Source: Mytilus trossulus
Lineage: Eukaryota
DNA: 64,000 nucleotides
Direction of reading: 5' to 3'
Assembly: GCF_036588685.1 (NCBI RefSeq)
Contig: NW_026963298.1
Location: 434,001 to 498,000, forward strand
Below the pieces are notes generated by a model, which saw only the letters and a list, made by a program, of their open reading frames with translations, had not been told where the DNA came from and ran no database searches. Every line of letters begins with the position of its first letter. Position 1 is the first letter of the stretch. Both the position numbers and the translations under genes were made by a program. This document shows positions 26,701 to 38,700 of this stretch, piece by piece.

Positions 26701-29700
26701 CTTCATAAATTGTTCTTCAATTGTTAGAAGCATAACAAATTGGTGTCTGACACATAGAAGCATAAGACATTGTTGTCTGATACATAAAAGCATAACAAAT
26801 TGTTGTCCGATACAAAGATGCTTATCATATTCTTGCCTGATACATAAAAGCATTATTAATTGTTATTTAATATACTGAGAAGCATTAAAAGTTGTTTTCT
26901 GGTACATAGAGGCATTACACGTTCTTGTCTGATACATAGAAACAGTCAAGTGATGTCTGATACAGAAAAGCAGTATAAAGTATTTGTTGATACAAAGAAG
27001 CATTACAAATTGGTGTCTGATATATATAAGCATTATCCATTGTTGTCTGATACATAGAGGAGTTACAAATTGTCGTCTGATACATAGAAGCATTACAAGT
27101 TGTTTTCTGGTATATAGAAGCATGACCAATTGATGATTGATAAATAGAAGCATTACAAAGTGTTGTCTGATACATAAACGCTAAAAAAAATGTTGTCTGG
27201 TACATATATGCATTACAAATTGTTGTCTGATACATAAAAGCATAACAAAAAAAATTATGGTACATATAAACATTAGAAATTGTTGTCTGATATTTAAACA
27301 CATTACCTTTTTTGGTTGATAAATTGATGTCTGGAACATAGAAGCATTATACATTGATTTCTGACACATAAAAGCATTAAAAATAATTAGCTGATACAAT
27401 AAAGCATTACAAATTAATGTCTGATGCATAGAAGCATTACACATTGTTCTCTGGTTCAATAAAGCATTACACATGGTTATCTGGTTCATAAAAGCATTAC
27501 AAATGGTTGTCTGATACGTAAAAGCATTACAACTGATGTCTGATACACAGAGGCATTCTAAATTGTTGTCTGATACATATAAGCATTACAAATTATTGTC
27601 ATAGAGGCATTACAAATTGCTGTCTGATGCATAGAAGCTATAAAAATTGTTGTCTAATACATAGAAGCATTACAATTTTGTTATGGTACATAGCAGCATG
27701 ACAGTTTGTTGTCTGATACACAGACTAATTACAAATTGTTGTCTTATATATACATAGAAGCATTATAATTTTTTTCTGGTACATATAAGGATTATAAATT
27801 GTAGTCTTATATATCATGTTTTCTCTTCTTTAGGGTAAGACAAAATATAATAGCTGCATAATATAATTTGATATGTAAATTAGATATTTATGTGACAAAC
27901 TAAGAAAATAAAATATTGTGTATGTATAATATTTTTTTTTTGTTATTTTGTACATTTCAATTTATTTTGAGATCCATGTCTTAATATCAGTAGAAATGTG
28001 TGTTAGTCAATGTGAGTTTGCTTTATGCTTATCGTGCGTTTGGCAACACAATTTGTCAAATACGTCGGCAATGCAGAGGATGTACAAAATATATCAAAGT
28101 TTAACCTAACAATCTACGTTAACAAACATAGTATCGTACATTTTATTTTAACATCCAATTCGATTTTTCTACAAGGCTGTCACACACAGTTATATAGAAC
28201 AAAGCAGAGAAAGAAAATAAAATTCAAGGGACAACAAACTTTACAAAATGATTTACTTTATGAACCACAATTACGTGTATATGTCTTACAACAACGAATA
28301 CAACACTATAAACTGTTTTAGGCCTAAATGGAAACACATGGCAGTGTAAGTCAAATTAGCATGAATAATCAATCTTTCCAGACGATCTCATAAAATATAT
28401 ATTTAATGGACAATATACACGAAACAATCATCAGCAGAAAAACATATATTGAACACATTAGTACACTACCATAACACTTCTAACAGGATGTGTGACTTTG
28501 CTGGACATCTAAATACATCACGGAGTCTGATTTGTTTTTATGTGTTACACTGTTATATCGTCACAATGTTTCTATCAAGGATGGTTCCACTGCACTTCAC
28601 AGTGCTGCAAGTACAGGAAATACAGAAATTGTTCAATTGCTTATTGATAATGAAATCGAAATCAACTTTCAGAACAAGGTAAGTTATACATAAAAAAAAA
28701 ACAAGTGAAAAACTATAAAAAATGATTATGTGAATATTTTCCGTGGCAAACAGTGCACAAAATGTAGACTGCACATTAATATAAACCGAGCGCTTGCTTA
28801 ATTCATTAATGTTATGAACTATTGTAGTCATGTATGAATGTCACTTTATTTTTAGTTTGATTTGCCTTAATCTAACCACTAATTCGTTTCTTTTTCGAAA
28901 AAAAATAAATATAAAAAGGGTTATGCAATATGGTTGTTAACACTCAACAGCCAACATAGGATAGTTGATGTTTTCAAAATAGTACAAGCAATTGAGAGAG
29001 GTTAACTAAGCCTTTTTGGTAGAAACAGTATTTTAAAATCCATGTTGCAAAAAAGTTGATTATTTTTTTGTCAGTACACATTTCAAGACATTGTCACTTA
29101 AAAATAAAGTACAAATGTCAGCCATAGTAGAGGGAAAACATGACAAAACATTTTGTTAACTACAAAAAGTATGAAACAATATATCATCCTATAATATTTC
29201 TACTTTGACTATAATATGTCAAATCTGTTTAGGTCTGTCCCGAAAAAAAATATCTTCTAGGTTTTAAAACAAAGATAAAAGATAATATAGCAATTGAGCG
29301 TTTCAATTAAAACAGAACAGAAAATGCACACACAAAACCGTTGAAAGGACAAAGTTTGTCAACATAACACACGATGTAAAATTAATATCATAACAAACAA
29401 AAAATTAAGACACGCTACCATTCCTATTAAAACAGAAAATACACACAAAATGGCTGTAGAAAGGACAAAGTGTTTCAACATATCAAACGATAGATAGAGT
29501 ACACAAAATCACAAGACTAGAGTATTACCTGGATTACCTGGGAGGTATATATCTGTGCTGCTGGACTGTTGCTATTTATAACTCTACGTTTACAGTTGTG
29601 AAGCTTAAATCACGCTTTTTGTCGTAGTATTTTCTCAAGAAATAGTCAGTGTCAATGATTGCACGTAGTTAACATTTTGATTCAAATAACAATCTCTATC

Positions 29701-32700
29701 AATATCTTGTTAGTCGAAGCCCGCCCATTTTATTTTTGCGTCCTATATTTGGTTCAAATTTAGCTTTCACATTAATTTTCATTTATGGCCTGCATTGGTG
29801 AATAATATCTACGCCAATAATAACATATTTGACGGAAAAAAGTTACAACTAACTTCCGTCGACTTAAAAGTTTGTATCTGGACTCAATTTTAGAGGCAAA
29901 GTATAAAATTTACCGAATTTATTTATATAATGCATGATATATGTAATTAGACTAGAGTATTACCTGGATTACATGGGAGGTATAGATCTGTGCTGCTGGA
30001 CTGTTGCTATTTATAACTCTACGTTTACAGTTGTGAAGCTTAAATCACGCTTTTTGTCGTAGTATTTTCTCAAGAAATAGTCAGTGTCAATGATTGCACG
30101 TAGTTAACATTTTGATTCAAATAACAATCTCTATCAATATCTTGTTAGTCGAAGCCCGCCCATTTTATTTTTGCGTCCTATATTTGGTTCAAATTTAGCT
30201 TTCACATTAATTTTCATTTATGGCCTGCATTGGTGAATAATATCTACGCCAATAATAACATATTTGACGGAAAAAAGTTACAACTAACTTCCGTCGACTT
30301 AAAAGTTTGTATCTGGACTCAATTTTAGAGGCAAAGTATAAAATTTACCGAATTTATTTATATAATGCATGATATATGTAATTAGACTAGAGTATTACCT
30401 GGATTACCTGGGAGGTATAGATCTGTGCTGCTGGACTGTTGCTATTTATAACTCTACGTTTACAGTTGTGAAGCTTAAATCACGCTTTTTGTCGTAGTAT
30501 TTTCTCAAGAAATAGTCAGTGTCAATGATTGCACGTAGTTAACATTTTGATTCAAATAACAATCTCTATCAATATATTGTTAGTCGAAGCCCGCCCATTT
30601 TATTTTTGCGTCCTATATTTGGTTCAAATTTAGCTTTCACATTAATTTTCATTTATGGCCTGCATTGGTGAATAATATCTACGCCAATAATAACATATTT
30701 GACGGAAAAAAGTTACAACTAACTTCCGTCGACTTAAAAGTTTGTATCTGGACTCAATTTTAGAGGCAAAGTATAAAATTTACCGAATTTATTTATATAA
30801 TGCATGATATATGTAATTAATGATAAATTAGATAGGTAATACGTAAACACAGCAACATGGTTAGATATACTTGATGATGAAAATACCACTAAAATTAACG
30901 ATATCTACATCAGAACTGTATACTTTAAAATAATGAAAGCACATACTTAAATGTTAAGGATAGTCAGATAAATCATACGAACATTATCGTTAAGTAAGTT
31001 TTAACAATGAATAATCGTGAAGACCATTAAAATGTTTGTATGTTGATGACAAATGAACAGTGCCATTACGAACATGAACATACACTTGATGGAAAAAGAA
31101 ACTTTATGATAACTTTGTGTAAACAAAAAAGAGGACTACAATACCAAGTTATTTCAATCTTCTTGATATTCCTTATTGATAAATCTAACATCAATATTTA
31201 ATAACTGCAATGTCTTTCAGGATGGTTCAACAATACTGTTTGACGCTATAGTAAAAGGAAACACAGACATTGTCCACTGGGTTATTGACAAGGGAATTGA
31301 TATTAATGTACAAGACGAGGTAAGCTATAAATTGGATATAAACTGATAAACATGACAGTGGTGATTGGTCTAATATGAAGCTTGTGTGTGTCAAATATTG
31401 TAAACTGCACAATCAATTACAAACATTCAAATACGCTTTCATATTTAGATTGCTCTTTTGGGGATTTTTTCATATGGCAATTTTAATAAGTTAGATAACG
31501 TCAATTATGTTTTAAATCTTTTTACATTTTCTTGTTTTCAAAATATGAGACGTTTGATTTTTACATTGTAATTCTTTATTCATCATTATTTAAAAGGGGT
31601 AACAAATTAAGATCGAATAAGGAAAAACATACAAAAACGGATAGGTCACAAATATGCATAAAGGAAGAAGTTGCGAACATGAGCGTTTCTGATGATTCTT
31701 ATGTAGACGAAACATCGAAACGCGCGTCTGGTGTACTCAAAATTAATCCTGGTACCTTTAATAAATATGCAACAAATAAGGACAAAAACTGAGAATTGAA
31801 ATGGGGAATGTGTCAAAAAGACAACAACCCGACCATAGAAAAGACAACAGCAGAAGGTCACCTACAGGTGTTCAATGTACCGAGATTAATTTCCGCACAC
31901 GATAGCGTCCTTCGGCTGGCCTCTAAAGAAATATATACTAGTTCATTGATAATGAACGCCATACTTAACTCTTAATTGCACAAAAGAAACTAAAAGAAAC
32001 AAGGAATAAATAACGAGTATGTAACAAATAACGAATAAGCAATAAGGAATAATTATGTAACGAATAAGGAATAAATGACGATTATCTAACAAATAAGGTA
32101 TAAGTAACAAGTATATAACGAATGAGGTATAAATAACAATTATATAACGAATAAGAAATAAGTAACAATTATGTTACGAATATGAAATCAGTAATAATTA
32201 TATTACACATAAGGAATAAGATATTTTTTTTATAACGAATACGGAAAAAGTAACAATTATGTAACGAATAAGGAATAAGTAACAATTATGTTACGAATAA
32301 GGAATAAGTAACAATTATTTAACGAATGAGGAATAAGTAACAATTATATAACGAATAAGGAATAAGTAACAAGTATGGAACGATAAAGTATTAAGTAACA
32401 ATTTTATAACGAACAATGAATAAGTAACAAATATGTAACGAATAAGGAATAAGTAAAAATTATGTTACGAATAAGGAATAAGCAACAATCATATAACGAA
32501 TAAGGAATAAGTTACAATTATGTAACGAACAATGAATAAGTAACAAATATGTAACGAATAAGGAATAAGTAAAAATTATGTTACGAATAAGGAATAAGCA
32601 ACAATCATATAAAGAATAAGGAATAAGTTACAATTATGTAACGAATAAGGAATATGTAACAATTATGTAACAAATAAGGAATAAGTTATAAGAAACAATT

Positions 32701-35700
32701 ATATAACGAAAAACGAATAAGTAACAATTATGTAACGAATAAGGATTAAGTAACAATTATGTAACGAATGAGGAATAAGTAACAATTATGAAACAATAAT
32801 ATATATTTTTGATAATTCAAACGCAGAATTTGTATAGTCATATAAAAATGATGTAAAAATAATGACTCAGTAAAACAGGTATTGGTATTTGTATCCAACA
32901 GTCATTAAAGCGTTGAATTCGATCATCTCAAAACTATAATTAATATACCACTACCAGAACAAAATAAAAATATTCCACGAAACACATCAGTTTCCACTTC
33001 TCCATTTGAAGGATATTGATGAATATCTTTGACGCTTCATCAACCATATATTATATAGTTCTAACGTCAGGATACAGAGTACAAAGAAGTTCACAATTTA
33101 GAAGATGAAATCATGACTTTGTCAACTTTAAGTTTCTGATCTTACCATCGGTGTCATTTGATATTATTATTCTGTACGTTAAAATGCCATACTTAGAGCT
33201 GCTGATACAAGGGTGTTGTTTAAATGTAGCACATAGCAGAGCGGGTGACAATTTTGATGGTTGTTTCACTCTCGTCAAGGCAAATCACAAACGGACATTT
33301 CAAAGGAAAATGAATTGAATTTACAAAATCAAGGCTTATTTGAGTTCTATGTTTTCGATCAGATTGTCAAATAAAAAAAAATAAACCTTCTTGTTTCACC
33401 TTTTTTTCTAATAGTATTACTTGTAATATTGTTATGTGCGTGACATCATAGAAAATACTTTTAATATAAAATTGATCTGTAAAGGACAAGACTGATTGAA
33501 CATTCAATATAATAAATTAATAATACATAGCAGATTGGTACTCCCCGAAAAAAAACATTTTCAACAGCTATGTGTCATTTATATATGAAACGAACTTTTT
33601 CAGAGATATCAAAGGACACTCGTATATTATACCAAAAGGACAATAAAACCATCAGTTGAAAAATTCATATGATTTTCAATTCGAAATTACACAAGAATAA
33701 ATTTAAGAGATACTCTTCTTATGATGATCTGTGAAATTCAACGTTACGTCAGTTCTGTTATTATCCACTATTATTTACAATATCAGGAAATAACAATTAA
33801 ATATGAAGCATGGCTTCTGAATATGATAGTCTTCAATCATGGCATAATCCAATACAGTTGTGAAGACCTCTCAGATACGTCTAAAAATTAAATCATAGCG
33901 ATAAACAACAACATCATCAGTAATGGGTGAAAATACGACAATTATTCAACTACATGGAGAATATAACTGTTTAAAAATTACGTATGCATATGATTTTACT
34001 AAAACCTAAATATTCACTTTAATATCGTGTGTTCTTTTTATTAAGGATGGAAATACTGCGTTACATTTAGCTGTTGTAATCAACAACGATGTGCTAGCAA
34101 CTCTGTTATTAAACAGGGGTTGTAATTCAAACATACAAAATAAATATGTAAGTACCAGTACAAGAGTATTTGTGTTATTGTAAATCTAGTAAATGCTGTA
34201 ACTTATTATATAACAGTTCATTTTGTACTCAGGCATGCCATTTTTGTAATATAGAATTTGTTTTGTTTATTGACAAAAGAAACCATGACACAACATAGAA
34301 AACTAAGAATAAGCAACATGAATCTCACCAAACTGTTATCTTAGGTGCCCCGTACCGTAAGGTTAATCAGATCATACTCCCCAGTTGGCACCCATCGTGT
34401 TGCTCATGTCATATCAAATTAGGTAAATAGTCTGATTCGGTAGGTCACATTCATGAAAGGAAAGGGAATAGTAGTTACAATGTAAGGAACATATCCGATA
34501 TCATTTGTAAAACGATTATTCCATAACGGTCAACCAACTCGTTATGGCGTCCATTAACTTAACGAAGTGATGATTTCAACTTCACTATGTGGAACTCTTG
34601 GTTTAATAGCTTCTTTGTGAGCAGCAACCTCTATCATTGTCTATCAAGAAAATCATGATAGGAAATGCACGCACGGAAATATCTTATCAATTGTGAGATA
34701 TATACCCCGTATGCAGGTGCTGCTGGAATGTTGCTACTTAAAAAACGGAAAGTACACAATTGGAAAGATGAAATCATCTCTTTAGTCGTAAAATTTTGTT
34801 TTCAACCGGCCCACATTGTCAATTTCTAGATGTAAGTCAAGATATGAGGCAGGCTTGACTGTATCGGTCAATGTGATTAAGTAGCTTAAGTTAGCTGTAA
34901 CATGAATTTTAAAAATTATGTTCATCTCTTGGGTCTGATTTTGTCCACTCCAACAATGTTTGTATAATGTATTCCTTCATTTCACTGCCCTTTTGAATAA
35001 CTATTCCAGAAAAAAAAACATTTATAGAAGTTCCAGTTAATTCCAAGGAATTTCTTTTAATTGAAATGCTCTTCTTTCCAACTGGATTCTTGAACTATAT
35101 TATATAAAGACTACTACATAATTTTTCTCTTCATTCCTAGAATAAATAAAGAAACGTTACATACATTTATGTATAAAGAAAAACTATTTATATATTCAAA
35201 ATAATTTTTGGCATTTATGTACATACATTGAGACATTTAAGACACACTATTAAATATAAATGTTACTTTGAAGTAATAATACGTATGGCTAAAGCCAAAC
35301 TTGTCTAGACTAAGTGTCCTAATGAGTCACAGCTATGTGTTTAACAGGGGGCCAGGGGCGTAGCAACTTTTACTGCAGGCACATTCGCAGGCACATTCGC
35401 CTAACCAATTGTTTTTTAACACCTCATTGCCATACCAATTATTCTGATTATATGGCACAAACCCTTCTAAAAAGGACATTTCGCCGTATAGATATTTAAT
35501 ACTTTCCTTGCTACGCCTCTGATTAATCCCTTTTGAACTATGTGTCCAAGTAAGAAAGTTTTTAAAGAGTGAACTCCATTTCAGAGATACCTATTGCTTT
35601 TAAAAAAAATATCCAATTATCTATGTCTATGCTTACATTGTGTACTGTACATAACATACATTTTTTAATGTGCACCGTGTGGGGAAAAAGGACCCCCCTT

Positions 35701-38700
35701 TTTTTACCAAATACATCAACAAAACAAAACCGTAATCGTATTTAAAGGATCTGGTAAGTCTTACAAAAAATTAACTGAAATGATTAAAGGAATCAAGTGC
35801 AAAATTCAACAGACTCAAATATATCACATGCATGTTTGCGAGGTTTCTGCAAATATAGTGAAAATCATTTCAATGGAAATACTCACAAACGTAATCAACA
35901 TGTTGGTGATATAATGCATAAGAGAATATAATATTAATAACTTAATTTACCTCAAACTTGCTGTCACTCGCCTTGCATCTATGATGTAAATATTAATTGA
36001 CCTTCGATTTGGCGTCTTTCAAACAACCTTGCGGAAATGTTACAATTACTCTAAAAGAAGTACGAGTCCGGATACGATCTTATATTCCGGGAAGTTCCCG
36101 TTTTTACATGTTTCGGTTCCAATTATAATTTATAATGTTTACATTGATAATGATAATGTACAGAAGAGAAGCAAAATACTTTTCTTTAAATACAAAATAT
36201 GTATTGGCACAAAGTCATTAATTACAACAATGAATGGTCCATTGAACCATTTAAAGTCAGTAATGTACAGCATTATTGCATATAATGATATTTAAAAAGA
36301 CATATATTTATTATGAAAAGTTTATAGGAAACTTAGAAAAATATGAGTGGAAATAATAATCATATGGGATGTTTTAAATCTGAAATAGGATAAGAAAAAA
36401 ATGACATGAAATAATATCATACCAGTGAAAAGGCCGTGATATTTTTTATTAAGCATGGAAGGACAAATTATCACAGCCTTTTCACGGGATATCGAAATTT
36501 CACGGTCTTTTTCTGACATCAAATACTTTTCATGGCCTTTAGAAATATGTTTTTTACAAAAGTTACGGGGTTTTACGGACCTGTGATGTTTCACAGACAT
36601 GTTACGGCCTTGTTATGGGCTGTTGATACAGAAGTGTGTTCGGTGCAAATGAGAGATCATTTATTTCTAATCGGCGCGAATGTCTAATGTTTGACTAAAA
36701 CATATTCTTATGATTCAGGAGCAGACGCCGATGGATCAACCAACCAATGATAAAATAAGACAGGTATTTAAGGTAATAAATGGATTGTTTTTCTTTTGTT
36801 AAGATTCTTATGCTTAGCCATATTAGTGTGCATTTTACACTTAAAATCCTATCTACATATCTGCTTGATAATACGTGTGACTGATTAAAAATTTGAAGAA
36901 AAAAAACAACATTTATTTGTTGAGAATGTAAACATTTGATTATGCTTTTCTTGACATATTCATAACCGACATATATAATTATTTCATGTTGTATTGCAGG
37001 ATTATAAATCGCGTTTGCCTGGTGAGTATTCTATTTTTTTATACGACTGCATCATTATTTGCTAAGTCATATCGAATTAATAAATATCCATTTTTTTCAA
37101 ATATTTGTCTCTAGAGTTAAATAGTATCTATTTGCTATACCAATGAGTGTTACTAGTTTTGAAGTTCGTAACTAAAGGCAACAGTATAATGATGAAATAC
37201 TTCCTGAAAATATACCAACACTTCTAAGCCAATATGTAGATCGTTTTATATATCATGTGACCTTAGAGTTATTATTCGAAATTCTAGGTCTTCCAATTGA
37301 AATTCAAAAATTAGACAAACAATCTGCGCAAATGTTCACCAGAATGTTGGGAGAAGAAAGTTATCCACACTTTGAGTCAAGAGTAATGTTAGCTGGAGAA
37401 CAGGGCACAGGAAAGACAACTATAGCGAGGTATCTTGTTGGTAAACGGCCAACGCGACTCAGGATGTCAACAGATGGGATAGAATTATACAATGGTCTTT
37501 CATATATGGACATTGAAAGGAAGGAATGGCTTGGTGGAGATCAAGGTAATGCTTTAAAACAAAATGAAATGATTTGAGCAGAAATGAGATTTATATTTAA
37601 CGTACATGTCATCTTCTAATATGAAACACGTTCCATCAAGATGATCACGAACTATTGCCATTGGAAAGTGCTGAAAAGATACAAAAAATGCAATATGTAA
37701 GGTGTCTTGTTCAGAGAAGATCATTACTCTTACTTTTCAAACATATGTTCCTTTCCCTATGTTCATATATTGTTCGGCGATGTATTATCCTTATCAAACA
37801 AAAACACAGACATGACTTGGCAGAGTATAAATACATCCCTTTTCAATAAAAACGTGAAAGACACTAAGTACAAATATCAGAGTACTCGTAGTTGCTGACA
37901 GCTAGTTCAAAGCCAATAACACCTAATAGAAAACAATGTCACTAGGACTAAACTTTACATAAGTTTCTTTAGTATATTTAGAGGATTATTCATCTTTTTA
38001 ACGAAAATGTGTCATCAGGACAACGATAAGTGTTATACAATTGGAAGTTCTTTTAATGAGTTTGGCCATACAATGTGATTCATAACAGTATAGGGGCAAG
38101 TTTGTCGATAAGCTTTAATGCATAAAGTACATAAATAATGTCAAGGAGATAATATATTTCGATGTCGTGTTGGAAATATGAATTTGAAGCTATGTTTACT
38201 GCTAGCTTCTTTTTCATTGTCTTTGGGGAGTTCATGTTTCCTGTCTGCCTCATTAGAATAAATGAGAATGTCCGAATACATAGGGATACAATCTATTTCT
38301 ATGAAAATGCCGAATGTCTTTTAAAAAGACTCTTACTCAAGATGATACAAATATGTTAATGCAACATTCAAGATCGTGTTTATTTCACTTTTAATAAACG
38401 TTTTGTTTTAATCAGAGGGACTTTGATCAAAACTAATGGTGACGTGCATATTCCTCAAAGAATGTGTTTGTTATTTTGCTTTGAAATAATGCTCTCAGTC
38501 TTTAAGTTTATTATGAGACATGCGAGTTTAAAATAAGAAAAGTCAAATGTTGTATGATGTTGAACAAAGATGGGGACTACGGTAGGAAGGTATTTGACAT
38601 ACCTTTTTTAAATAAAACGGTATTAGCAGATGATTCGCATTGAAAGTTGATAGTGATAAAGACACTTTTTAGTTACGATGTCGGCGCACCTTGTTTCATT

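Noticed and set aside
35353-35521. Possible hAT-like MITE (caggggcgtagcaa / ttgctacgcctctg)
   Set aside because: A short TIR is present but there is no TSD or second copy, so it cannot be called.
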